A stretch of DNA of 64,000 nt, taken from contig JAHLWZ010000817.1 of assembly GCA_020536535.1 (NCBI GenBank), positions 1 to 64,000 of the forward strand. The letters are read 5' to 3'. The position numbers and the translations under genes were made by a program. This stretch comes from Pelomyxa schiedti. Lineage: Eukaryota > Protista > Evosea. This document shows, piece by piece, positions 11,194 to 26,754 of the stretch (position 1 is the stretch's first letter; every line of letters starts with the position of its first letter). The notes beneath the pieces are model-generated. The model worked only from the letters and a program-made list of their open reading frames with translations, made no database searches and was not told where the DNA came from.

Positions 11194-11593
11194 GGTTTTA
11201 CGCAGTCCGGATTGTAGATGTAGAGTGTGTGTTTTGTTTTGCGTTTCTCCAAGAAAGCAAATAACGGCTGGGTGTGTCACGCTGTTGTCGTCACACAAGT
11301 TGCGAGTCACGTGTCCACGTGTTTCGTTGGATTTTTTTATGTTTTCTGAAGAAAAACAACAACTTGACATTTCTAGAAGGAGAAGAAATAGCCAACCGAA
11401 AGAAAAAATCCGAATTCGGACTGGAAGAATGATGCACTAAGGGAGAAGTTGCACTTCGGGGGAAGCAACAGTCCAGTTTCGAAAATTGATCCAATTGGTA
11501 CGTTCAGATGCAGAAACTTGACCCAAGTCGGGAACACGAGAATTAGATGCAGGAGTTGGCTTTTGGGGTTGGTGTTGGTTGCTTGGGGTTTCA

Positions 11594-14500
11594 TCAAGAA
11601 AAGAAGGCGAGGAATTCGCGCACCCCTTGTGGCTTTTGTGCTTTGGCTAGCCGGAACATGGCTTCTGCTTTGGCTTTGTCATGTGCTACTCCGTAGCCGT
11701 AAAATAGGCACTTGCAGGCTCCTAGTTGTGCAGCCCAGAAGCCTTGCTCATCGGCGATGGTGGAATAAATTTTCCAGGCCGAGGCCTGATACTCGGTGCG
11801 GGTGCGGGAGTCGCAGCCTGATAATAGCGAATCGGTTATGAGCTGGTCTGCTTGCTTGACCTTCGCTCGTGCATAGTTGGGATGTAGAGCTTGCTCTAGG
11901 TAGAGTTTTGCTAGTTCTTGGACTTCTATGAGCTTGGTGCTTGGTGCATAGCCAGCAGCGACAAGTAATGATAAGCGCAGATAGGCACGGTGGTCCTGCT
12001 GTTGATGTGGCTTATTCATTACGTAGGCGCACTTCTGGAAGCAGTCATAGGCCTGGTACAGGTTCTTCCCAAGTAAAGATGGAACTCCTTTTTCATATAA
12101 CCTTCCACACCGATACAAGCCCATTACATCCTCAGCCTTTCTTGACTCCTCTAATAGATATATTATCTGCTGGTATGATGGTCTTGGCGAGTATAACAAG
12201 GCTACTGCATGGTATACATAAAGCCTCGCTTTTACAGCTGGATCTGGGGCTTGTCTTTCCAACACAGAAAAGAAATCGCCGGTATGCAGCTCGACCTGGG
12301 AGTCTTGGAGTAAAGTACGCGCTTGTCTGGTAAAGAATCTTGGCAAATACTTCATCCAACGTCCTTTTGCTTGAAGGCTTTGCTCTTTGTCAATAAGTTC
12401 ACGAAGTCTGCTCACAGATAGGATTTTTTTTTTGACCTCCGTCAACATTGTCATGTCCGCAGCACACAGTTCACGTAAGACGACAAGAGTGGGAGGAAGG
12501 ATGGGAATCTTCGAAAATGAAATCTTGGAGAGCAATGATGACAGCATCTTTGTATCCTTAAGGTCAAATAAGAGGGTAGCTAGAGGAGCGAGGCTTTGAA
12601 GTTTCTCAGGTAGAATCACTTCAGGGACCTGTGAAGTAGGCAAGTGTCCAGTGACTGGAATGAAATCGGGGTTGCTTTGAGCTCTGTTCGTGCTTGGGTT
12701 TCCTGACTGCATTTGAGGCTGGGCTTGTTGGGGCGGCTGCAGTGGGTGCACTTGAAGTGGAATTTGGTGAGGGGAGGTTTGTGGCAAATTCCCAAAATGA
12801 GATTGTGGGTACCCAAACCCTTGAGGTTGCTGGGGGATTGGCGGTTGTGGAGGTATATTATACTGCTGTGGAAGTGCGTATGATTGTGGTTGAGATTCAG
12901 GGGAGGTTCCAAACATGTATGGTTGGCAATATGGTTGAAAGTACTGATGTTGAGCACCCATGGAAGGCAAAGGCTGGGTCTGAGATGGGTATGGCTGGAA
13001 CTGAGGGTACTGAGAGAACTGAGATGGGGGATATATTGTTGGTTGGGGCGCGAATTGGGTTGAGGGTGGGTTGGTGGGAGGTGGTTGATGTGGCTGTGGG
13101 ACTTGTGGAGGTGCGTTTGGTGGACGAGCGCGTGCGTCTTCAAGAGGAGATGGCAGTGGGATTTTGGGCGGAAGTGGTAGGAGTTCTGCTGGGAGTCGCA
13201 GTTGTGAAGAAGTGTTGGCGTGAAGGGCCGCTGCAGGTGTCGGTAGTGGGTGTAGGTCTTGAGGTAGTGGTGGTGGAGGTGGAGGAGGTGGAGGAGGGGG
13301 AGGGGGAGGCGGAGGCGGAGGGGGTGGAGGTGGAGGGAGCATACTTGTTGTCTCTTTGGGTGCAAGTTGAGTTGTGTTATGAGGCTTGGTTTTCTTTTCC
13401 AAGCGTTTGAGTCTCGGACGTGGAAGTTGTGATTCTTCACATGAAAGCTGGGTCTGTTGTTGATTTTGTTTGTTGTTGGGTTCCACAGTTTCAGAGATTG
13501 GCTTATTTTTCTTTCTTCTCTTTTCCTTTTTTCCAGAATTGGCATTGTTAAACTTAGGCTGCCCTTGTTGAACAGGCTCTTGAATTGCAACTTTTGGTTT
13601 CTTTGGTGCAGGTTGCTGTGGCTGTTCTTCTTTCGTGTCAGGAAATGTCTCCTCCTTAGAGACCTGTTCCCTTAGCGTATGGCTTGCAGACTCTTTGATG
13701 TGATCATTGTTTCCAGGCTCCTGTGGTTGTATAGGATTGACAAGTTCCTGTGATTGCAAAGGCTTGGTTTTTTCTTGTAATTGTTTAGCAGCCACCAGTT
13801 CTGGTGGTGAGTCTGTAGGAACGGCTACTATTACATCCACAGAACTCGACTGGCGTTCATCTTGCACAATAGATGTGTCCAGTATCTTTCTCACCTGGGG
13901 TTGACTTGATTCAACTGACACGATAGGATCTTGTGGAGGAGGTGTTGCTTTATTGGGTTCATCGTCTACCATACTTGGCTCATTGTCATGCAGGATGATT
14001 GTGTGAGAATTAGATTTCAGTAGCCTCTGCCGTTCCTGGGAGTGCCAAAACGTCAGCAACTCCTCCAATGTGACTTTTGACTGCAACATTTCTCTGCCAA
14101 GTTTTTGGTGTAGGTTAAAGAGGTGCTCCTCAAGCCAATTCCACAATGTCTCAGCAGCTTTGCTCTTGTCTGCATGGTTACAGAGGTAATAAACACTCAA
14201 GTAGTGTGGTTATACCAATTTTTGCATCAGAGGCAACTGAAACAGATAAGAAAAGTGCAGGAGGGAGCTTTGACTTCTTCAGCAACATCAAAGCCCTTTT
14301 TTTAATCTCAGTTGTTGGCTCAGCATCACTTTGTGTTCCTATTAAACACAAAGCACGCAGTACACCAACAATTTGAGGCTCCAAGCTTTTTGGTTTTAAA
14401 AAACAAAGAAAACGAAATGAAGAATTAACGTACTCTACGAAAGCCTTCAAGTAGAGTTCGGCTTTGCACAACCGCCAGGACATTACCATAGATCTAACAT

Positions 14501-14722
14501 ATTCCTTATCAAAGAACACCTTCGTTTCTCTTTCGAATCTACGTAACGAACAAGAGCGTTAGTTCTTCGTACGTTGCAGGTCTGGCCTTTTGCTGTTCGT
14601 TTTTTATTCTTTTTCGGGAAAAAGAAAAAAAAAACGAACCAATATGCCTGTGACAAGCAAGGAAATAAATTACTTACTGATGTGCTGTTGAGGACAGTCC
14701 CGAGTCGACAAGGTATTTCCAT
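11594..14722 (-). CDS. Large Pro/Gln-rich protein with C-terminal Sel1-like repeats
   Basis: 868-aa final exon with a polyproline tract and Sel1-like motifs (GLYRCGRLYEKGV..KNLYQAYDCFQKCA; CLFYGYGVAHDKAKAEAMFRLA). Short upstream exons lead back to ATG 14722 (start inferred). Confidence 0.75.
13268..13336 (-). repeat. Polyproline-coding tract (about 23 consecutive CCN codons)
   Basis: Counted from the reverse complement. Confidence 0.9.
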
Positions 14723-15356
14723 ACAATGACGTGACGCTGGTAAGAATCCACAAAAAGGAAAATAAGTTTGATGAAAAAGAAGAAGTGATCACTTGTCTAT
14801 TTTTCTGTTGTTAGTGTTACCCACCTCCTCCATGTGTCCCTTTGCTTGTGATGAATTTATTCCTTTTTTTATTTCTTTATTTTTTTATTTTGTGTGGTAA
14901 AAGGGATGACTAAAATAGTTTTCTGAAGTGAGAAAAAAAAATCAACCACCTTCCTAGAAAAAAGAAAGACCCTTTTCCATGTTTACAAAGTCATGTTACA
15001 CTAACACAAAGAAAAAATAAATACCTACACCAAATAGAACCTAATATGAATACCTGTAGTGAGTTACATGCAAAACAAGAGTTACCTCTCCAAATTAACA
15101 AAAGCACATTCTTTGTGCAAAAGGTAGACTTCTTTCAGACACTAAAGAATGATTTCAATTTTTCTAAAGATTTTGATGTTCTATGGGCCTTGGAGATGGC
15201 CAAATAACATTTGGCATGTGATTTTTCTTTTTTTTTTTGGGTTGTTGAACTCATAAAAAGGAATGGCTGTGTTCTTATCGGCCAACATATTTTTCTTTAT
15301 TTTTTCTATCCCGACAATGGAAAACGAAGAAGCCGACCATTTTTAGCCCTCCCCGT

Positions 15357-17417
15357 ATGGGTCCATTAAGAGGAAAAGGTCATTTCAAACCGAAGAAAAC
15401 GGACAGCGCCAAAGGGAGTGGGTGGGAATGGTTGGGTGCCACAGCACTGAGATCCGTGGCACTCTACACGTGCTCACACAGAACGGCCGACTACGGTGAG
15501 GACGTTGACGTGTTCGAATCAGCCCTTATTCCCCTCGTGAGCCTCCACCACGCTTCCGCGACGTGTCGCCGGTGGAGGCAATTCTTTGGTCCTTGGTTTT
15601 ACGTCTGGCCAATGCTTGACAAGTCGAAAATCGCGCCGTCGTGGATACCGCGTCCGGCTTCCATGAAGATTGCGTCGTTTGGGAGGCAGTGGCTTGGAAA
15701 GGCCATTTTCAAGGGATTTCCGGCGTTCTTGGATTGGGACCTATCCGAGTTGGAATTCGCGTGCAGAGACTCGATGCCGGCGCTGTTGAAGATGTAGTAG
15801 TTAGTAGTCGTTTTATGTAAACTAAAATCAGCGGGCAAATAACTAAACAACTTTATGTGGGTGTTTTCAGATCTACTGCATGTGGACACGGTTTACTTCA
15901 TGAAGCAGTCAAACACAAAAATCTGACTCTTGTCAAGTTTCTTGTGCTCCATGGAGCAGATGTGGAGATTGACTGTGAAAGTTCTTCAGGCTGTTGTGAC
16001 AACCTCTCTCCCATTTCTCTTGCTTACCATGCGGGCTCGTGGGACATATTCTCTGCGATGTGTTCCGTATATCAAACAGGAACTCTGTGTTTCCCTTCAT
16101 TTAGGAACCTGGGCGAGACGGTATTTTTCCACCACCCGTGACTTTCTTTCCTGAACTTTTCAGCTGGATCCTTGCGCTCAAGCTACAATCAAATCAGGTG
16201 GCGCCGCCTTGTCTGCAGTTCTACGTGAAGTTGGAGTGAAACCACGAGATCTAAGTCTCGTTCAAAAGTTTTTAGGACTTGGAGCAATTCCCAGTTCCGA
16301 TTGTTTTCGAGAAGTCCTGCTTGCTGATGCTCCTGAGGTATCATGTACCATCTTGCACTCATCTTACTTCATAGATATTTGAATCCCTTTTAAAAGCAGC
16401 CAAGTATTCACCACCCCGGTTCTTTTCAGCGGAAATAGTGGACGATATCATGTGTACACTTATGCATAAGTTTCCTCGCTGCCATCAATATTTGACCAGC
16501 AATGACCATGCTTCATCGCAGCTGCCAAGGGAACTTGCTTTAGCGTTGACTGAAGGGACTCTCGGCCTTTGGGTGAGCTGTCTCCATGACCAGTCTTCTG
16601 AGAACGTGGATTATTCACTTGATTGGTTGTTCTCCAGCCCATCTCCATTAGACCCTGTCAGCCATGATCCAGCTCTTCAGTTATTTTTGCGGGCAGTGTT
16701 GACCATTGCTAAAGATCCTGGAATTGTTCAACGACTTCTTCTTTGCTTGACTGGTATGTTCCCGCAAAAGAACCAGTGGCGATTTATATGATTATCTAGA
16801 GAAACTCATATCTCTACCTAATTGGATGCAAAGCTTATCATCCTTGACAAAATCTGAACTGTATCGTATTGTTCTATCGCCACCCTATAACAACACTGAA
16901 GACCGTATGAAGGTAGGTGACATCTGAACCTAGTTCGTGCACTAATACATTTTCCTTCAAAATAAGGTACTGCTACCCTTCATGAACCCGGAGCCAAATA
17001 CTGACAATATTGTAAACATTGCTGCGGTTTACCCTCTTCCACATCCAAATCATGAAAATTGAATTTCCTTCCATTCCCACTTTTAGTATGTCATGCAAGA
17101 GTATGCTTCTGCTGAGACAGAGCCAGCACTTCGTGCTATGACTTCTTCCATGCCACAGAGCAGCCTAAATGAAGGTCTTGCCTCTCTCGTAGCTTCGACT
17201 GGGACCACTAAGCTGAAAGAACTACTCCGAGGAATAGACATGATAATAAAGTTTGGAGCAAAACCCAATTATCAACAGAATGGATGCTCAATGCTTGACA
17301 TTGGTTTGTTCCATCCCTGGCTTACCACCAGCTAACATCAAATCAGTCAAAACACGCAAGGGATACTTTGGTTACGCAGAAGTAATAGCCTGCCTACAAC
17401 AGAATGGTGCGCTATGA
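15357..17417 (+). CDS. F-box-like / ankyrin-repeat protein, multi-exon
   Basis: LVSLHHASATCRRWRQFF (F-box end-like); GLLHEAVKHKNLTLVKFLVLHGADVEID ankyrin; last exon GYFGYAEVIACLQQNGAL* ends at 17417. Confidence 0.7.
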
Positions 17418-18082
17418 CCAGAACCCAAAGTAAAAAAAAAACAAAAATGAAAATAATTTATTAGCTTTTATTTCAAGCAAGAACAGCAAGCAAGTATTTT
17501 TTTTTTCATCCAGACATGCAGCGAGTGTTCTAGTCATAGGAACCTCCTGTTTTTCTGTTTCTTTTGGCATAGTCACAAACTAGAATGTTACAAACTCCAA
17601 GGTACTAAATCTTAAACGAACGAACTGAATGTGAGGGGCGAACTGACCTCAGCCGGGAACAACATAACAGAAACATAACAACGGGGACAGTCCAGAGTGG
17701 GCTCACTTTGGCCATAACAATGGTGGTATTGCACTTGCGTTAACCATTTTTAGAATCAGAGAGCGTTCAGATGAATCTCGGTTCCGAAGTGTAAAAAGGG
17801 AGACTGAGCGGAGAATGGAGTTCCAGGGCTTGATGGATCACCATCATCTCCGCTATTTTTCCCATTTCGAGAAAATACTTATGAAAAAATCGATTCAGGA
17901 AAGAAACGAAAACAAAACCAAAACATAATAAATTTCGTGTATTGCCGCCGCGTATATTTTTTTTTTCCTTATTTTCGCTGCTGCGCTCTTCTGACTTCTA
18001 TTTTCCCTCGTTCCAGGTCCCCACCTACGTTGCGCCGTTGTATTTCGTTTTTCTCTTTTTTTCCCCCCTCCTCTACTTCACC

Positions 18083-21088
<3,006 letters not shown>

Positions 21089-21208
21089 CTAGTTAACCTT
21101 TAAGCTTCAATCAATTGATAGCTTGCAAATCAGATTTCACGCATTTCTTCGAAATGGATGTAGCCGGAACAAAAAAATAAAACGCCCAAGGCGAAAGGGA
21201 AATAAAAA

Positions 21209-24200
21209 ATGAAACCAGGGGACAGCGACGCCTCAACCTCGAAAGTTGTCGCCCAATCAAATTTTGGAACCACGTCCTCTGCTGCCCAGAAGCACGATTA
21301 TGGGATGGCAACTACCAGCCCCACACCCGCAGCAACACCCACCACCCCAACACCGTCCCATAATCCCGCCAACACCGTAACCCCAGTCTCCACGTCTTAT
21401 GCGGCAACCGGCACGGTCCTCCCTTCTTCGCACCTGCACCTGCACCACCACACCGTCGGGCTTCCCACGCCCCCGTCGATGCCTCTGCCCTCCAAATCCA
21501 CATCTCCCTCCCTCGGCACCGAACTCGCGACCCCGAGCCCCCTGGGCCTGTCCTCGGCCCCCACGTCGTCCTCCCCGCCGTCGTCGTCGCCCATCGCCAC
21601 CCCCTCGCCGACTCCGTCCTACGCGCCCTCCACGGGCTCCTCCTCCTCCTCGTCCACGTCGCCCGGCTCCCCGCGGCGCTTCGGCGGCGGCAACTCCCCG
21701 CCGCTGACCCACTCGACCTCGTTCATCTCGCTCAAGCACGCCGCCCACCGCTTCATCCCCCACAGCGGCGCGGGCGCCAGCAAGGCGGCGTCGCCGGGCT
21801 CCGCGGCGCTGGCGCCCCCGGGGGCCCTGCGGACCAGCGCCAGCGCGGTCATGTCGCCGCCGGGCAGCGGCGCCGGCACGCCCATCTCGCACTCCACGTC
21901 CACGTCCTCCCCCGCGCTGACGGGGGGCGTCCCCCTGTCCCTCTCGTCGCCGTCCTCGCCCTCCTCGCACCACCCCTCGTCCTCGTCGTCTTCGTCATCG
22001 TCGGCCACGTCCACGTCTTCGCCGACCTACTCGTCCATGTCGGCGTGCTCCTCGCCCATGTACGCGTCGTCGCGGGCGGGGCCGGGGGCGGGGAGCGCGA
22101 GCGGGGGCGGGAGCTGCGTTGGGAGCGGGGGGGCCATCGGGAGCGTCGGCAGCGGCGGGAGTGCCACGGTCCTGCGTGACCCTTTTGCCAACTCAGAGTT
22201 GGCCATCAAGGTCTGTCTCGTCTGGTTTGCGTTGTGGTTGTGGTGGCATGATGGCACCTCATACAGATTTGTCTTAAATGCGCACATACACACACCCACT
22301 TTGTTGCTTTTCCCCAAGATACTTTCATCTTCTGACACCTATGCTTAGGAACTGGAGCAAATGCAGGCATCACTTTCGGCGTTCTACTCTTCAGTTAGGA
22401 AGCAACTTGCAAGCCAACAAGGTTTCTTTTTACACCTCATTTCAATAGGAGATTAAATTTGTTGGGTTTTTTCCCCTCCAGCTATGACAGAGGAGGTGGC
22501 TGCCACTGTTCAGTTCTGGGCAAATATGTGCTCTGATGTATCCAAAACTGAATACTTCCAGCCATCAGAGGACCTAAGTAAAATGATTCATACAACTACT
22601 CCAACTTATTGTTTTCTGTGTACTCAGTTGGTGCCTTTTCTGAAGCTTCGAAAAATTCTAAGAAGTTTTCTCTGTGCTTTCTCCCTCGACTGGTAACTTC
22701 GTTTCCAGTCTATATTAACACTGTTTTCTATTTAGTTCCTTATCAATAAGTCCATAATAGAAAGTATCTTTGAGTGAACTGTCTGCCACTGAAATGTTTT
22801 CTCTCAATTGTATGAAAGAGCACAAGGTTTCACTCCTAACCCTTACTGTCAAATAATGTGAAGCAGCACATATGGCAAGCTTTGCAGTCAAATAAGGAGG
22901 GTTATGAATCAGCCACTATCAAAATGCAATCGCAGTCCAGAAACAAAAGTATTGACCTTGCAAGACTTGCAGAAGTATCACCCAGTTGTGTAAAAAGTCT
23001 TCCTACCCTCTTTTAGATTCAGCAAGAGCGCGATACGAAATTTGCCTTGTGTACGAGGTATTCACAGGAAGCAATAAGTGAAAGTGCGACTTTGTCAAAC
23101 AGGTTACCTTCTTGCACAAGCTGCCCTTGTCATAATTGTGCACAGAACGTTGGCTACAGCTTTATTACAAATCTGCAATACATTCGATGGCTTTATGGAA
23201 TCACAAAAAAGGTCTTAATGCTTGTAAGAGTTTTTTTTCACTCCCTGAGTTCATTTAGATCAATGCAATTTTTGGAAGACCTGAAGCTTGATGTGCAGCA
23301 GTGGAGGCAGTTAGCTTCTTCGGTATCCCTTTTCTTTTTTTCTTCTTTTCTCTCCAATACCTCTTCAACAGAAATTGGCTGAGGGGATAACACAACGCCG
23401 TCGCAGTGCCTCATTCAGTGCAGTCTCTTCACCTATTCCACCTTTTCAAGAGACTTTTACTCCAACTACAAGACTTTCAGATGAAAAATGGCGGAGACTG
23501 GTTGTAAGAGAGAAAGAGCATTGCGAAGGATTAAAATTCGTTACTGATGTATGACACTTAGCCATTTCTTTTGTTAAAGCCTGGATAAGGTTTATTTAGC
23601 CAATATTATGAAAGCAGGATCACTGTTTAGTGAAATTACCCGAGAGCAGGTTGCTCTTATATTCTGCAATATTCCACAAATTTCGGAGATGCACTCGCAA
23701 CTCCTTGCCGCCATGCAGTCAGCAAGCTCAACTACTAGCCCTTTTGTGGAAATAATGGTTTTTCCTTCAAAAAAAAAAACAACCTGGGTTTTTAAATTCT
23801 ACTTTCTAGTCCACACTGTTCCCTCTGTATTCAAGATACTTTGCAAATTTCGTTAATTCACAACACACTCTAGAAACCTGTAAAACAGGGTCCAAAGTCT
23901 TCTCTAGATTATTAAAGGTATGGCTGTTCCAACATTTTGACGATGCCACCTTTCTCTAGGAATGCCAAAAGGAGCATCCCAATATAAAATCAGACCTGGC
24001 TGGTTTACTTGCATCTCCTCTGAACCGTCTCCGTGAATACACACTATTTTTTGAGGTACTATTAAGTTTGCACTTTCCACAATGATATAACAGTGCCTAG
24101 GTTCTTGCAGCTGAGTCAAAGCAATCCGGCTACGAGCCAGATTTACAATGTTTTGAGGCTCTACAAACATTAAATGAATTCGCTGAAACAGCTAAATTCA

Positions 24201-26649
24201 CTCATCAGGTTCCTTCTTTCTGAAGAAAGAAGTGACTAACTACCTTACAGACTGCTCTTGTTTCCAGCAAAGTAGTTGGATGGAACGACTCTTTCCCAGT
24301 CCCACCAGGAAGACGATTCTTGATGCAAGCTGTGGTTTCTTCAAAGGAGTCAAACTCTCTAGTTGCCCTACTGTTCAGGTTTTTTCTCTAAAAACTTTCC
24401 AACAAGGACTCACTTTTCCAAGTGATGCTTTAGTCATAGCAAAGCAAACCTCTGCCAAATCTCATAAACTTCAGCACTTTACAACAATGAATTTACAAAC
24501 GATGATTATCAAACTTATTCCGGACATTTCTCCTAGTACACCTACCTTCAATTCCATAAGTTCCACCTAATTTTTTGAAGCCATGAAGTTTTGCTTTCAA
24601 GTGATAGACCATAATACAGCGTTGGGTTTGAGTGCAGGGACTGATGCCGTATATCAGGAAATTGCCAATCAATCTGCCAAAGCGAAACAACATGCTCAAC
24701 AAAAAAAAGGTGTTCCCATAGCCCTATACTCCTGGTTGTTTTACGCCTCCATAGTTTTTGGTGTTCCACTAAAGGATCTCATGGCAACAAAACGAGAAGA
24801 AGGGCACAACGTTCCGTCTATCGTTGAAACCACTGTTACATACCTTCACACATTCCTTGATCAAAATGGTATAGCACCACTTTTTACTGTTCTAAGCAGC
24901 AAAACACAGCTTGTCGGGTGGAGGGCATATTTCGGTTGAGTGGGAATCAAGAAGAAACAGACAATCTTCTGACAAAGATTGAAAGTGAAGGTGTGAGGCA
25001 AATCCCTGCTGTCATTCCTTATATTTTTTACAGAAAAGATGATAAGCTTTTCTGGACTCGACCCACACACTGTTGCCGGTGTACTGAAGAGATTTGTTCG
25101 CAACTTACCTGATCCTTTAATAACACAAGAATTGCAACCAGACTTCTTGAAATGTGGCGGTATATTCTTTGCTCCTTGGGAAGTGTACCACTAACGTCGC
25201 TCCAGAAGAACATGATACAGAAATTCGAGTCCGGATACTTAAGGATCTTGTCACAAGACTTCCAAAACACCACAAATACCTTCTGCAGTACTTAACACAT
25301 TTTCTGTGGGAAATTACACTCTATGAGCAAGCAAAGATGAATGCCAGAAACTTGTCTATTGTCTTTGCTCCACACTTTCTAAAAAATCAGGTGATTTTTA
25401 CTGTGACAAGAAATAACTACTTTTCTCAGACCTAAACGCAGTCCAAATAACAAACCAAAACAGGACTTCACTGTTCCTAGTTTAAACACTTTTTCCGTGA
25501 TCCAAGCATCCATTGAAAATTATGCAGACATATTCCTTGTTTGTAAGGAGCCTTGTTTTCCCGCCCAACGAATTTGCAGGAAATCGAAGCACAAAGAGAA
25601 GAAGAACTCAATAGCGTTCCCCCAAGTCCCGCAAACACTTTCACCAAGTAGATTTCGAAACAATCCAGGAAAATCTAACTTTCACAGAACTCTCACAACC
25701 AACACTGAGGCCCCTACCCCAGTGGAAATTTTCCCCAGTTATGAAGCTCAAGATAATAATGGTATCCATGTTTCACCTACAGCAAAAAAATTGACATGTA
25801 CACAAAAACAAAACCTTAGGCATAACCATTTCACTACGGGAGATTGTCAAACAAGGTACACTTTTTTTGAAAGGAAGAAGAACCTGGAACACAAGATGGT
25901 TTGTCCTCAAAAAGAATTACATGTACTACTTCAAAACTTCCAAGGTAAAAAAAACAAAAAAGCACAAGTCAACACAACCCAACAAGCAAATGTAACTAAC
26001 TTTCTTATGCCCACAGGACCACACCGCCAAGGGAGTTATCAACCTACAGGTTTGCGATATAGGCCCCCTTGAAGGCAGCAAACGGAAATATGGCTTTGTT
26101 GTATCCACGCCGTCCCAGAAGTACCTCATAGCGGCGACCAACGAAGCCGAGTACCGGGCGTGGATCACGGCCATCAACGAATGCAAGTCACCCGGCACGC
26201 CCTCGTCGCCCGCGAACCCAAAGCACCCACCCTCACCAACCCTCACGCCCCCACTCACCCCAATCTCCGGAACCACAAGCAACCTCAGAAGCCTGCATTC
26301 CGAGGACGAAAGCGAGGGGGCACTGCACAGCGGGGGCTCACTGCAGCAGCCCATGTGTTCATCACCATCACTGCCACCTTCTCCCACAACCAACCCCAGG
26401 CACCTAATCATATCACCCTTCCCAGGTTCAGCTTCAGCTTCAACACAAACAGCCCCATCAACACCCAAGGCCGCAGGCACAACTACATTGCAATCATCAA
26501 CACCAGCAACAAACAGTCAGGCCAGTCCCACATCACATACACAAGTAGTAGGGACACCTCCGAGCACAGGGACAGGGGGGGCCACGGCCTCACACTCCCC
26601 TGATACCTATTACACAAACACCAAAGTGACCACCTCACATGGCAACTGA
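21209..26649 (+). CDS. Dual Rho regulator: Ser/Pro-rich N-terminus, DH (RhoGEF), PH, RhoGAP, second PH (BCR/ABR-like), multi-exon
   Basis: DH: LIFCNIPQISEMHSQLL..LAGLLASPLNRLREY. GAP: IVFGVPLKDLM..VPSIVETTVTYL..EGIFRLSG..DPHTVAGVLKRFVRNLPDPLI..KMNARNLSIVFAPHFL. C-terminal PH: YGFVVSTPSQKYLIAATNEAEYRAWITAINEC. Confidence 0.85.
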
Positions 26650-26754
26650 GTTAATGTTGTACTATGGAATAAGGAGACACGGAATTACAAACCAACCAAA
26701 ATTGCATGACTTTAGTTGGAGAAAGGGGTGAAAGCTATAAGTTACAGGTTGTAG

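Noticed and set aside
15505-15530. GTTCGAATC resembling a tRNA T-loop (similar words at about 45945 and 52628)
   Set aside because: No cloverleaf stems or A-box, and the first lies inside a coding exon.
17520-17860. Possible small Cys-containing minus-strand gene or ncRNA between the ankyrin gene and DYRK
   Set aside because: No consistent spliced frame or recognisable motif or RNA fold could be built.
21257-21973. Long antisense and alternate-frame ORFs in GC-rich blocks (also 7603-8214, 12616-13590, 31644-32409, 35899-36544, 55098-56000)
   Set aside because: Shadow ORFs from stop-poor GC-rich or low-complexity coding sequence; the sense frame is already explained.
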